Virus record (IMG/VR): IMGVR_UViG_3300037963_001723
Coordinates: 1 to 57,719 of that record
Reading direction: 5' to 3' (one strand)
DNA length: 57,719 nt
Source: a virus
Lineage: Duplodnaviria > Caudoviricetes
Under the pieces are notes generated by a model. It had not been told where the DNA came from, did not search any database, and saw only the letters and a list, made by a program, of their open reading frames with translations. Numbering within the stretch: position 1 is the first letter of the stretch; each line of letters begins with the position of its first letter. Positions 46,961 through 57,324 of this stretch are shown in pieces. Made by a program: the position numbers and the translations under genes.

Positions 46961-47850
46961 TAGCTACCTCCTCTCATTGCATTAAACATACCTAAACCAC
47001 CTAGACCTAATCCAAGTGCCTGAGAAAATAATCCTGGTCTTTGTTGATACTGACTTACAGCTCTATCTGGTTGTGTGAAAGAACCATGTAACATATTGCC
47101 ATACATACCTAATTGTTGCTGAGGATATCCTTGCTGTCTTAAGAAATCTTCATAACCTATATCAAGACTTGCTTGTTGCATTCCTCTTTGATCTGCTCCT
47201 ACTGCTTGTAAAGCTCTTAATCTTTCCATAGCAGCAGCTTGTCTTGCTTGACCCATTTCATTTAAATACTTAGCTTGTTCCATTCTTGACAATCTATCTT
47301 GATTAAATCTATTTGAAGCATCCATAAATGCGTCTTGTCTTCCTCTATATTCTAAATCTTCTAATTGTCTATTTCTATTACGCATTCTTTCAGTTTGCAT
47401 AATAGCTTCTCTATATCCTCCAAGACCACCTGTTCTTGCAGCCTCATCTCTTATATCTCTGCCCATCATAGCAGACTCTCTTCTTATTTCTCTTTTAGCT
47501 GGGTCTAATGCTTGAGCAAAATAAGGAGACATATATGTTCTTGATATTGTGTTATTCATAGCAGCTGGAAGAGATTCCATCATGCGAACACCTTGTCTTA
47601 CTTGCCTTGGATCACCAACTCTTGCAATATTAGCAATACCTTGTTGAGCAAATTGTTCTGCTGGAGAATAACCTACTAATCTAGCTTGGCCATAAGGCTG
47701 ATAAGGTTGAAGGCTTTCAAACTCTGAACGCCTAAGTAATGCCTCAAATTCATCTTGAACATATTCAGGTAAATTAGACTGTGTTACAGTTGATGTTGTA
47801 TGGCTTGGTCCGCCACCACCTTTAAATCTTCTTACTCTTCTTCTAAACAT
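46960..47850 (-). CDS. Putative DNA pilot/ejection protein
   Basis: 296 aa, Q/R-rich, YMSPY motif, Gly-rich hydrophobic C-terminus. Confidence 0.6.
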   Translation of the reverse strand: MFRRRVRRFKGGGGPSHTTSTVTQSNLPEYVQDEFEALLRRSEFESLQPYQPYGQARLVGYSPAEQFAQQGIANIARVGDPRQVRQGVRMMESLPAAMNNTISRTYMSPYFAQALDPAKREIRRESAMMGRDIRDEAARTGGLGGYREAIMQTERMRNRNRQLEDLEYRGRQDAFMDASNRFNQDRLSRMEQAKYLNEMGQARQAAAMERLRALQAVGADQRGMQQASLDIGYEDFLRQQGYPQQQLGMYGNMLHGSFTQPDRAVSQYQQRPGLFSQALGLGLGGLGMFNAMRGGS

Positions 47851-48284
47851 TAATTTAAAAACCTTTTCTGATAAGCTACTGCTATTTTATCCCAAGAATC
47901 ATCTTTCAACCAGTTCCAAAAACCAGGTCTTCCTAAAGCTTCAATTCCATCACACTCAGAATCTTTAGCAAATTTTTCTACAACCTCTAATCCTTCTTTA
48001 GTCCATTTATCTTGATGTCTACCAGCTAAATGATCAATATTAAGCATTCTTAATCCTGACGGATAGTCGTTTATTTGAGTTATACCACATCCTAATATTT
48101 CAGGATATCTTTCTTCTTCATAAAAAATCCATAAATGACTTTCGCCATATAAACATTCTTGTAATAAATCTGATGTGCTTGTTCTTCCGTAACTTCTTTT
48201 AATACTTTTATTTAATAGTTTCTCTACGAAAGGCCACACATGACCTAAATCTTTTGGTTGTACTAATGTTTGTTTTACCTTCAT
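47850..48284 (-). CDS. GNAT-like internal virion protein
   Basis: 144 aa, C..IEA.GR.G.W motif, located among ejection genes. Confidence 0.55.
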   Translation of the reverse strand: MKVKQTLVQPKDLGHVWPFVEKLLNKSIKRSYGRTSTSDLLQECLYGESHLWIFYEEERYPEILGCGITQINDYPSGLRMLNIDHLAGRHQDKWTKEGLEVVEKFAKDSECDGIEALGRPGFWNWLKDDSWDKIAVAYQKRFLN

Positions 48285-51200
48285 GCTGGCATTACCTCAT
48301 CTAAATCAATTGGATCAGGTTGTTTAGGAGTTCCATGTTTAGCGTAACGAACTCTTTGCATAAAATCATCCATTATCTCTGCGCCTTTTTCATTATTACC
48401 ATCACCCAAATCACTTACAACATCAGCAGTAACAATATATTCACCTGGGCTTAAAGCAACCTGTTCTTCTCCTAGAGTTCCAGAAACTCTATCATCCATT
48501 CCTCCGCCTTCACCTTCAATCATTCCTTTTGTTTGTTCTGCTTCAGGGTTTAAATAAGCTTTTAAATTATCTAATTGCTCACTTCCAAATAAAGCAACAA
48601 ATTGAGAAATTATTGTTCCATCATCTTGTATTTCACCTAAAATTACAGAAGATGTTTTTCTTAATAAATCTTTATCTCCTTCTGATAAAGGTTGTCCTTT
48701 TTGTTCTGCAACATCTTCAAAAGAAGATACTAATTGTTCTACTTTAGGATTAGACATCGGTTGTTGCATACGACCTTGAGGTAAAGGTTGCGCATAATCT
48801 TCTATTGTTGCTAATGAAGGACCTCCTTCTTGATATCTATTTACAGTTCCGCCTTCAGCCCATCCTATATTTCCAAAATTAAATCCTGCCCCATAAGGGT
48901 TAAAATCAATTCCATAAGGATTATTGTAAGGTTGAACTGTATTATTTGTTGTATTAGTAGTTGTATTATCTGTTGTATTAGCTGTTGTATTGTTGGTTAT
49001 AGTGTCTGTTCCAGCTCCCCCTGGTAATGTAGTTGTAATATTACCTCCAGTTAAACCGCTTGTATCAGGAATAGTAAAACTACCTCCGCCTACACTTGAA
49101 AGGTCAATATTTGTTCCTGCAGGCAGATAATCTTCAACAGTAACTATACCATCGCCATTAGTATCGCCATCAACACCTGCACCACCGTCTACGGTATCAG
49201 TGCCTGAACTACCGTCAACTGTACTTGAACTTGAAGTGTCTGATGATGAACTTGAAGTTTCTGATGATGAGCTTGAAGTTTCTGATGAACTTGAAGTGTC
49301 TGATGAACTTGAAGTGTCTGATGAACTTGAAGTGTCTGATGAACTTGAGCTTGATCCTATTAGAACCCACTTACCATCAACTAATTCATGCGTTGCTTCA
49401 CCTACAATTTCTTTCGTAGTCTCACCGAATGTTGGTGAATCAGGGTTTTGATCTGTTTTTGTAATTTCTGTTCGACCATCATTTAATGTAACACTTCCTG
49501 TTTGTTGCCAATCAGGTTCTGTATTTTTATCTTCATCATCATCTGAACTTATTGGAACCCAATTTCCGTTTTCATCTTGTTCATGTGTTATTTCACCAGT
49601 ATATTCTTGTTTTTCTTGATTATAACTAGGTGAGTATGGATTAGTATCAATAGATGTAACTAACATTTGACCATTGTCTACTCTTACACTAGTTTTTACT
49701 TCCCAAATAGGTGTTTTGTTACTTTCAGCTACCTCTTGTTCTGTTTTTGTATCACCAAATGTAGGTGAATTAGGATTTTCATCTGTAAATGTTTTTACAA
49801 GGTTTCCGTCATCATTTGTATATGAACCAGTTAAAACCCATTTTGGTTCTTTATCGCCTTTATCTTCTTTATCCTCTTTATTTTCATTTTCATCTTCTGT
49901 AGTTTCTGTTTCTGTAGTTTTACCTTCTATTTGAGCTAATAATTCATCTATTCTTGCATTAAGTGAAGCTATTTGCTCTTCATAAGGATTAGGTTGAGGT
50001 TGTGTGTCTGCTGGCGGTAAAACTGGAGCAGGTCCTCCCATTATTGGATAAGGATATCCTGTAAAAGAAGGAGTTCCATATCCACCGCCACCGAATATTT
50101 CGTCAAATGATTGGTCAGCATATTGATAATAAGGCATATTAGCCATATATTCATCCATATATGAAGACCTACCTATTTCCTCATTACCCATTAAAAACTC
50201 ATTCCAGTCTGAACCGTAAGCATATGGATTGACACTTAAATCTCTTTTAGTAGGATCAATTTCTGGAATACCTCCAGGATTATCTGGAACTTCTATTCTT
50301 CCCATAGGAGTATCATAAGTGCCTCCTACTCCTCCACTAAGAGCTGGATTTCCTCTAATATCAGTAGCGCTTGGAGAAAGATTAGTTAAGTATTGCCATT
50401 CTGGCATAAACCCAGGCATATAATTGCTAGGTGTAGCGTTATAACCACGAGGAGGTGTTGCTCCTACTTCTGTAGGAGGTCTAAACTGACCTGGTTCTCC
50501 TTCATACTGATACCCTGTCTCTTCTGTTGCTCCGTCTCCTCCGTCTCCTCCGTCTCCTCCTGCGTCTGCTCCATCACCTGGTTTTCTCCAGTATGGGTCT
50601 TGGAATGTTGCTCCATTAGGACCTGACCAAGTTCCTGTGCTTGAATCATATGACCAACCATTTGCTACTAAATAAGGATTGTTACCAACTCCAAAATGAC
50701 CTGGAGTAATGCCACCTATATTAAATCTTCTAACAGCTCCGCCTTCATTTCCGTATCTATTAGCATAAGGACCGCCTAATCCTGTTGGTCCAGAACCCCC
50801 AGCTGTTCTTGTTGGGCCAGTTGGATTTAAAGCTACTCTTCCTGGTATTTGTTCTACATAAGCTGCTTTATCAGCTGCTCTTTTATCTTTTCTTGCTTGT
50901 TCTGCATTTTCCATGCTTTCTACATAATTTTTATAGTCTTCTTCTACAGCAATTCCACCCATACCAACTCCTATAGGAGCAAGGTTTGCTGGGCTCATTA
51001 AAGCACTACCAGCGCCTTTCATTCCTGCTTCAGTAAATAAATTGCTCATTCCTGGTTTATTTACAGCAGTTGTTAAATCTGTAATTTGATTACTAGTTAA
51101 ATTTGCAAGCGTATCTTTACCTGTAAGAGTTAATGCGCCTTTAGCACCATCAACTCCTGGAACCCATTCAGTTCCTATACTAGATATCGTTTCAGGGTTA

Positions 51201-51604
51201 AGGCCAAGTTTAGTTCCTTCTTTTGTTAAAGTTCCTGCTGTTTGCCCTGCTTGAGCTACTTGACCAATACCAAAGCCAGTAAGACCAGCTAAAAGACCTT
51301 CTTCAAGACTTCCTGTTACAGCTGTTGTTGCAAGTCCAGAACCTAGAGCAGCGATACCTGAAGTTGCTAAAGGAGATAAAGCCATACTACTTGCTAATGC
51401 TGTGCCACCTAAACTACCTAAAACAGGAGCTAAGAAAGGAAGAAAAGCTTCTGGATATCCTGTATCTGGATTTACAGTTAATGGTGTTAAACTTGCTAAT
51501 CCTTCTACTTCAGCTGGATTAACATGCATTAAGGTAGTATCTCCGTAACGACCTCTGCTCGCTACTTGGTCTGCCATACTCTTATAAGGTCTATTATAGT
51601 TCAT
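48281..51604 (-). CDS. Large putative internal virion protein (1107 aa)
   Basis: N-terminal GRYGDT.L.H.NP.E and NP.TG.PEAF; C-terminal G.GGGMDD...LSPGEY...ADVVS.LG.G; repeat-rich middle. Confidence 0.65.
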   Translation of the reverse strand: MNYNRPYKSMADQVASRGRYGDTTLMHVNPAEVEGLASLTPLTVNPDTGYPEAFLPFLAPVLGSLGGTALASSMALSPLATSGIAALGSGLATTAVTGSLEEGLLAGLTGFGIGQVAQAGQTAGTLTKEGTKLGLNPETISSIGTEWVPGVDGAKGALTLTGKDTLANLTSNQITDLTTAVNKPGMSNLFTEAGMKGAGSALMSPANLAPIGVGMGGIAVEEDYKNYVESMENAEQARKDKRAADKAAYVEQIPGRVALNPTGPTRTAGGSGPTGLGGPYANRYGNEGGAVRRFNIGGITPGHFGVGNNPYLVANGWSYDSSTGTWSGPNGATFQDPYWRKPGDGADAGGDGGDGGDGATEETGYQYEGEPGQFRPPTEVGATPPRGYNATPSNYMPGFMPEWQYLTNLSPSATDIRGNPALSGGVGGTYDTPMGRIEVPDNPGGIPEIDPTKRDLSVNPYAYGSDWNEFLMGNEEIGRSSYMDEYMANMPYYQYADQSFDEIFGGGGYGTPSFTGYPYPIMGGPAPVLPPADTQPQPNPYEEQIASLNARIDELLAQIEGKTTETETTEDENENKEDKEDKGDKEPKWVLTGSYTNDDGNLVKTFTDENPNSPTFGDTKTEQEVAESNKTPIWEVKTSVRVDNGQMLVTSIDTNPYSPSYNQEKQEYTGEITHEQDENGNWVPISSDDDEDKNTEPDWQQTGSVTLNDGRTEITKTDQNPDSPTFGETTKEIVGEATHELVDGKWVLIGSSSSSSDTSSSSDTSSSSDTSSSSETSSSSSETSSSSSDTSSSSTVDGSSGTDTVDGGAGVDGDTNGDGIVTVEDYLPAGTNIDLSSVGGGSFTIPDTSGLTGGNITTTLPGGAGTDTITNNTTANTTDNTTTNTTNNTVQPYNNPYGIDFNPYGAGFNFGNIGWAEGGTVNRYQEGGPSLATIEDYAQPLPQGRMQQPMSNPKVEQLVSSFEDVAEQKGQPLSEGDKDLLRKTSSVILGEIQDDGTIISQFVALFGSEQLDNLKAYLNPEAEQTKGMIEGEGGGMDDRVSGTLGEEQVALSPGEYIVTADVVSDLGDGNNEKGAEIMDDFMQRVRYAKHGTPKQPDPIDLDEVMPA
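49219..49352. repeat. Coding tandem repeat (18-21 bp units) encoding SS(S)DTSS
   Basis: TGATGAACTTGAAGTGTC-type units, about 7 copies. Confidence 0.85.
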
Positions 51605-51966
51605 TATGTTGTTTCTACTCCAAATAAGTTAAAACTTAAAGTGCCATTTGTAGAGTATACTTCTATGACATCCGATTCATTTAGCGTAATACCAATTACT
51701 GCTGCAAGAGTATCTTTAGCATTAACGCTTTTATCATAATATATGAATTGTTTATTGTCATCACTTTCGTTACGAACTTTTACTCTTACTCTAAATGTAT
51801 CGGCATTTGTTCCATGTCTATTGCATACTACTAATGAGCTTACGGTTGTTTGTGCTGGAAATGAAGCATTAACACCTGTTCCTTCTCTAACTGGAACAGT
51901 ATAAAGAACTGTTGAAGTTGCTGAACTAGGGTTTAACTGAGCTAATACTTTATAATTATCCGCCAT
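51604..51966 (-). CDS. Conserved tail-region protein
   Basis: 120 aa, YKVLAQ..P...LYTVP...SFNLFG.E. Confidence 0.6.
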   Translation of the reverse strand: MADNYKVLAQLNPSSATSTVLYTVPVREGTGVNASFPAQTTVSSLVVCNRHGTNADTFRVRVKVRNESDDNKQFIYYDKSVNAKDTLAAVIGITLNESDVIEVYSTNGTLSFNLFGVETT

Positions 51967-52167
51967 TTAATTTGTCCAATTTGGTGCTCCAAGTAACATT
52001 AATTGAAGCCTTCTAACGCTTTTAGAGCTGTTAGTTGTTTTTGTTTCTTCTATTAAATCTACTTTATTGCTTATCTCATTCATAAAATTAATTACTTGTT
52101 GTCTAAATAAATCTTCATCTACTGAATTATATTCTTGTTGTGCTGGTCTTAAAGGTTGTCTTGCCAT
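51967..52167 (-). CDS. Hypothetical tail-region protein
   Basis: 66 aa, coupled to both neighbours. Confidence 0.65.
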   Translation of the reverse strand: MARQPLRPAQQEYNSVDEDLFRQQVINFMNEISNKVDLIEETKTTNSSKSVRRLQLMLLGAPNWTN

Positions 52168-54362
52168 TATCTTCTTCCATCAGGGTGTATATCTGCTCTT
52201 ATACCATATAATTTAAAGAATGAATCTTGATTTTTATGTTCATAACGAAGTATAGCTGATCTTCCTCTTGCACGAACATCTGTTTTTGTTGTTGTGTTTG
52301 TTACAATATTCGTAGAAGATGATGTTGGTGATTCGGAAGGGTAATTACTTACAGATAGCTTTGTTGTAACATCTGATTCAGTTTGACCGCCTATTTCAAG
52401 ATCATGTATCAATGATTTTATAGCTATAAATTCATTTCCATCAGCAATAGGAATAGAGCCACTTTCAATAAATGAACTAAAATCAGTTCCTTCAGCATCA
52501 GCTGATAAACTATTAGCTCTATCTCCATCATCCTGTCTTACTAAATAACTATTTGTTGTATTGTATTGTTGACCTAACAACATATAATCTTCCTCATATG
52601 CTGTTGCTCCTGCAGAACGCCACATATTACTAACTGTCCAAGTATTTTCTACATAATTATAAATAATACATCTAGTTGGGTCTGCAGCTTGAGCTGCTTG
52701 AATTAAATCAATATTAGCTGTTTGACTTCCTGAATAAGTAGCATTCATTTCATTACTTGGATAAAACCACCAAACTTCATTATACCTAGGATTAGCAACA
52801 GAAAATACTTTTTGTTGCTCACTAACATCTAAATCATCAAATATATAATTTAATATTGGGCAAGGTATTGGCTCTACAGCACCTGAATATTTATAAAAAC
52901 CTCTTTCTCCCATAAAGTATGTACTAGCTCCAGCATTAGAAGCAGCTCTAGGAGAAATCATTGTAATGCCATCTTGAATTTCATCGAATTGAAAAACAAG
53001 ATTTCCTCCAATAAATTTCATTGAATACATAGCTTTATCTGTCCATATAAGTATTTCTGATCTTCCTGATAAGGCTCCAACTATTTCTGAACCACTGCTT
53101 AAATCAACACCACCTGCTGAATTTGTAGCACGAGGTGTCCAATCCATAGCATTTTCTGAATCTGACCATCTTATATGCATAGGATTAATACTGTCTTCAT
53201 AATATGGATTACAGCCAAATGAGATACAGTGGCCATCTTGGTCACTTGTTAATACCTGCAAAGAAAAGAAAGGAGCATTTGATTGGTACTGTTGCAGGTT
53301 AGCTCCTGAAGAATGAGCTTTAGCAATAGTATTATTTTTTCCTCTTATACATCCTGTAAATGATGTTGCTGTTGAACTAGCGTAAAAAATAACTTCATTA
53401 CCTACTATTATGTATCCGTTTTCTTTATAAAATCCATCTGTTGATGTAACATTAATTGTTGTAGCAGTTCTAGTTAAAGCACCATTTAATGCTGTTGATC
53501 CTATTTCTGTTTGACTAATAGGAAATAAACTTTGAGATTGCGTTGAAATTAACTTAGCTCTTTGACTTGTTCCAGTTGATTTTTTCCAATAATATATAGG
53601 ACCTCCTCTAGGATTTATAAGAAGATCATCACCAAAATTATCTTCAGACCATAATCTTAATTGATTTTTATAATCTAAAGCAGCTGTACTGCCCCAAGCT
53701 GTATTATCAATTAAACCACCCCAATCACTAGCTCCCCATCCAGTACCTTGTAAAAAACTATTTGATCCAACAGATAAATAAGCATCAACAACAACACTAT
53801 TACCTCCACCACTTGTCGTAGCATTAGCAGAAGAAGAACTTGATAATGTAAAAGTTGTTGTACTTGGAGCGCTTAAAACAACCCTTGTGTCATATGAATT
53901 AGTAGCCACAGCGTTATATGTAGTTAAATCTATGCCGCCTATTGTTCCTGTTAACCCTGATACTCTTACAAGGTCTCCTGATTTTAATCCATGTGGGTCT
54001 GTGCAAGTAAAAGTTACAAAAGCATTTCCTGTAGCACAAGAAACAGGATTATTTCCTAAAACTAAAGATGTAACAGGTGTTATATCTGTAGGAGATGTTC
54101 CTTCTATAATAGTATAATTAGATGTAGTTCCTACTCCTGTATACCTAGTATTATCACTAGATTTATAAAGATATATTGATCTAATATTATTATTAGGAGA
54201 AGCTGTTTGAGAAAGACTAACCCAAGAAGTCCAGCCCCCTAATTTTTCAGGAACACCATTAAAGAATCTCATAAGGTTTGCATTAAACCATTGACCTCTC
54301 GCAGTATAGCGAGAACCTATTTTGTTTAATCCTGGCGGTGGTGTTATATCAGTATAAGGCAT
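52167..54362 (-). CDS. Tail tubular/stabilisation protein (P22 gp10-like)
   Basis: 731 aa; RF..G.PEK.GGW, WS.DNFG.DL, IRWSD.E, EVWWFYP, PDGRR terminus. Confidence 0.75.
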   Translation of the reverse strand: MPYTDITPPPGLNKIGSRYTARGQWFNANLMRFFNGVPEKLGGWTSWVSLSQTASPNNNIRSIYLYKSSDNTRYTGVGTTSNYTIIEGTSPTDITPVTSLVLGNNPVSCATGNAFVTFTCTDPHGLKSGDLVRVSGLTGTIGGIDLTTYNAVATNSYDTRVVLSAPSTTTFTLSSSSSANATTSGGGNSVVVDAYLSVGSNSFLQGTGWGASDWGGLIDNTAWGSTAALDYKNQLRLWSEDNFGDDLLINPRGGPIYYWKKSTGTSQRAKLISTQSQSLFPISQTEIGSTALNGALTRTATTINVTSTDGFYKENGYIIVGNEVIFYASSTATSFTGCIRGKNNTIAKAHSSGANLQQYQSNAPFFSLQVLTSDQDGHCISFGCNPYYEDSINPMHIRWSDSENAMDWTPRATNSAGGVDLSSGSEIVGALSGRSEILIWTDKAMYSMKFIGGNLVFQFDEIQDGITMISPRAASNAGASTYFMGERGFYKYSGAVEPIPCPILNYIFDDLDVSEQQKVFSVANPRYNEVWWFYPSNEMNATYSGSQTANIDLIQAAQAADPTRCIIYNYVENTWTVSNMWRSAGATAYEEDYMLLGQQYNTTNSYLVRQDDGDRANSLSADAEGTDFSSFIESGSIPIADGNEFIAIKSLIHDLEIGGQTESDVTTKLSVSNYPSESPTSSSTNIVTNTTTKTDVRARGRSAILRYEHKNQDSFFKLYGIRADIHPDGRR

Positions 54363-54363
54363 T

Positions 54364-54834
54364 TTATTTCATTGCCTTTCTTATTGATTTCATACCTCTT
54401 TGGCCAAACCAGAACGAAATTATGGTTGAAAATAAAATTTTCGATTCTTCATCCCAACTATTTAATATAGCTTGGTAAGCATCGTCACCTTCTTGTATGG
54501 CTACATAAACAGCTAATCCTTTAATAAGACCAAATACTACAAAGAAAAAATAAGTAATTACAGGTCTAACAGAAGCTTGTAAAGCAGACACAAAAGATGA
54601 TTTATTAGCTTTAGCTAATTCAGTTGCGTGTTTATATATATTCTCAGCTTCAGATACATCAGCTTGTGCGTCAAGTTCTTCTACTTTTAGTTTACTAAGA
54701 ACTTCAGCGTGTTTTGCCTGCGCATCCAATAATTTTAATTGATGACGATTTTTCTGTCCTTGTTCTAAGAATGAAAGAATTGAAGGGAGAAAAGAAGTTC
54801 CAAAGCCGAGTAAACTGCCGAAAAGTGATAGCAT
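54364..54834 (-). CDS. Holin-like 3-TM protein
   Basis: SVRPVITY and FWFG.R motifs with hydrophobic segments. Confidence 0.55.
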   Translation of the reverse strand: MLSLFGSLLGFGTSFLPSILSFLEQGQKNRHQLKLLDAQAKHAEVLSKLKVEELDAQADVSEAENIYKHATELAKANKSSFVSALQASVRPVITYFFFVVFGLIKGLAVYVAIQEGDDAYQAILNSWDEESKILFSTIISFWFGQRGMKSIRKAMK

Positions 54835-54836
54835 AA

Positions 54837-55028
54837 TTACCCCTTAGATATTAAATATAATCCGTATGCACCTAAGCCTATAGCTAAAATAAATAAGGTA
54901 ATTGAAGACATAAAATATCCTATACCTAAAAGTAACCATGAAACGCCTAAAGCTATATGAGGTTCTTTTGTCCACTCAGTTAGTGTACATGCGTTTGATT
55001 TTATTGTTTCTATTATTTTGTTTAACAT
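54837..55028 (-). CDS. Small membrane protein
   Basis: 63 aa, two hydrophobic segments. Confidence 0.65.
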   Translation of the reverse strand: MLNKIIETIKSNACTLTEWTKEPHIALGVSWLLLGIGYFMSSITLFILAIGLGAYGLYLISKG

Positions 55029-55036
55029 ATTATCTC

Positions 55037-55246
55037 CTAATTTAAACTTCTTGTAATAAGTTGAACTACTACTAATACAGTTCCCCCAACTACTGATAAA
55101 AGGGTAGCTATAATAAAATATTCTAATCTTTTAACTCTTTCTAATGTTTCTTCTGCTAATTGTTCACACGATTTTACATGGTCAACTAACTGTTGTTCAA
55201 TTACGGCAACTTTTTTGTCTACTTCTGCAACAGTTACTTTAGCCAT
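55037..55246 (-). CDS. Coiled-coil + TM protein (XhlA/holin-like)
   Basis: 69 aa, H...C motif, RLE, C-terminal TM segment. Confidence 0.55.
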   Translation of the reverse strand: MAKVTVAEVDKKVAVIEQQLVDHVKSCEQLAEETLERVKRLEYFIIATLLSVVGGTVLVVVQLITRSLN

Positions 55247-55258
55247 GTATAACTCCTA

Positions 55259-56314
55259 TTAATTACTAGCTTCTATTAAATAATGACCTGATATAACATT
55301 AGCAGGTGTTGTAAATCTTAAACCACCAAATGTATTCCAAGAACCATTATTTGTAGCTCCCATAGAAACCTCTACTACATAAGATTTATCTGCATCTTTA
55401 CCTGATCTTGAATAAATTTTACCAAATCCATAATAAGGATAACCATTACCAGATTGATAAGTTGGGTCTCTTTGTAAATTAATCTCCCACCAAACATCTT
55501 GTTGATTAGATGAGCCAACACCACTCAAAGGAACTGTCCATGAAGTTGTTACACCATTTGTAAGTTGTGCAGTAGTTAAACTATTACTTCCTAAATCAGT
55601 TCTCATTCCTGATCCTAAAAAGTTTCCTACACCTGTAGCATTGCCAGTTGTTACTGGTTGAATAGTTAAATTTCCTGCTGAACTTGTACTTATTTGCAAA
55701 GAGCCTGTAAATTTATATCTGTTATAATTAGTTCCATTATAAAAATTATTAGTAACAGTACCTGTTGCAGCATTTCCTGATGCTATTTTTCTCATAATAC
55801 TGCCGTCTAAAGTCAAACCAACATTTCCTGTTGTAGCACTTGTTACTATTTGATTAGCAGTTCCTGTAACTTGAGTAACACCTGGCGAAGCTGATTCGGA
55901 TTGTTTCATAGCTCCTGCACCTGTAGAATATAAAAGAGCGTCTTTACCAGCTGCTATAGTTATTCCAGAATCTCCATTTGACATTTTTAATACAAGACTT
56001 TGGGCAGTTGAGTTTTTAAATAACCACATTTTTTTTAATGTAGATGGTTGTAATACAACATTTCTTGTTGCTGTAAGAACCGTTCCTGTATCAGTAAATT
56101 CTAAAATTTGTTCACGGCCACTAGGAGAACCTGAAGAACCTACTGTTCCATCAGCTACTGTTATTGTTAAGTTTGCATCAGATGTAAAGTTTTTTGAGTT
56201 ATATTGAAATGTTTCATCAACAATATCTAAATTAGTGTTTGTGGTTGTGCCCCATGTACCTGCTTCATCACCTTGAGTGATTAATTTTATTCCTAAATTA
56301 CTATATGTAGCCAT
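55259..56314 (-). CDS. Tail fibre/spike-type protein
   Basis: 351 aa, G..AGTWG.TTN.NL N-terminus, T/G/S-rich. Confidence 0.65.
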   Translation of the reverse strand: MATYSNLGIKLITQGDEAGTWGTTTNTNLDIVDETFQYNSKNFTSDANLTITVADGTVGSSGSPSGREQILEFTDTGTVLTATRNVVLQPSTLKKMWLFKNSTAQSLVLKMSNGDSGITIAAGKDALLYSTGAGAMKQSESASPGVTQVTGTANQIVTSATTGNVGLTLDGSIMRKIASGNAATGTVTNNFYNGTNYNRYKFTGSLQISTSSAGNLTIQPVTTGNATGVGNFLGSGMRTDLGSNSLTTAQLTNGVTTSWTVPLSGVGSSNQQDVWWEINLQRDPTYQSGNGYPYYGFGKIYSRSGKDADKSYVVEVSMGATNNGSWNTFGGLRFTTPANVISGHYLIEASN

Positions 56315-56325
56315 TATTTAATCCT

Positions 56326-57291
56326 TTATGCCGCAATCTCAGTCCAATTTGGGTTTTGACTTGTATCAATTTCACTCCAAACTAACACATTTGATGTAGA
56401 TACTGAAGCAAAAACTCCAGTGACATCAACATCTGCACTTAATGATATACTTACAGTGCCTATTGCTGTTGATGCTGAAACTCCTGATGGGAATGATGTA
56501 ACTCCTGTATGTACTGTAGAACCTGTTCCTAAGGTAGTATTTCCTTTAATTTGTACATTTTCACCTATAGTAACGGCAAATCCCATTCCGCTATGGATAT
56601 TACATTTTACATACAAAGTGCTAGGCGCATCATCAGCAACAACAATTTGTGTATAAGCTCCTGATTGACCTGCTGTGCCTACTACTGTAACTCCATCAGT
56701 ATAATTTGAACCATCTTGTGTAGTGCTAAATCTTAAAGGATGACCTGAATTACTTATATCTGATTGGTCAAACTTATAAGTAAAACCTTTATGCAATGCT
56801 GTAGGCATTTGTTGTTGGGAGCCATTAACAAAATATTTATTACCACTGCCAGTGCTTTTTACTGTTACATCAAAGTCTTCGCTTTGTCTTGGTTCTGTTG
56901 TAACATCTATCTTAAAGTCTACAGAATTAACAGAAGCACTAGCTTCTACTCCTGTCATAGTAAGAACGCAATCTAAGCTAAGGGTTTCATTTCCAAGATG
57001 GGTTGTTGCTGTTACAGGAGTTTCTAAGATAATAGTAACATTGCTTTCAGTAGCAATAGAATAAGGACCAATAGAAGTTGTAGCAGAAACACCTGTTACA
57101 AATTGTCCGAGTTTTCCTGCTAATGCTTGTGCTTGTACGCCTGTTGGTAATACTGTTACAAATTGACCTGCATGGGCATTACCTATCTGTCCTGTACCTG
57201 CAACACCATTTACAACAATAGATATGCTTTGTGTAAATTCACCTGCACCTGCGTAAGTATCTTCTGAATATGCTGTAAAGCCGTATGACAT
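56326..57291 (-). CDS. Virion structural protein with an inserted cupredoxin-like domain
   Basis: V.GV.A repeats flank NKYF.NG...TYKFDQSD.SN.GHP...LY..C..HSGMG. Confidence 0.6.
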   Translation of the reverse strand: MSYGFTAYSEDTYAGAGEFTQSISIVVNGVAGTGQIGNAHAGQFVTVLPTGVQAQALAGKLGQFVTGVSATTSIGPYSIATESNVTIILETPVTATTHLGNETLSLDCVLTMTGVEASASVNSVDFKIDVTTEPRQSEDFDVTVKSTGSGNKYFVNGSQQQMPTALHKGFTYKFDQSDISNSGHPLRFSTTQDGSNYTDGVTVVGTAGQSGAYTQIVVADDAPSTLYVKCNIHSGMGFAVTIGENVQIKGNTTLGTGSTVHTGVTSFPSGVSASTAIGTVSISLSADVDVTGVFASVSTSNVLVWSEIDTSQNPNWTEIAA

Positions 57292-57324
57292 TGTCTAAAT
57301 TACTCCTAATATAGACAATTTACA

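Noticed and set aside
49200-49451. Plus-strand repeat ORFs (ELEVSD / MNLKCL repeats)
   Set aside because: These are antisense shadows of the Ser-rich repeat in the 1107-aa gene.
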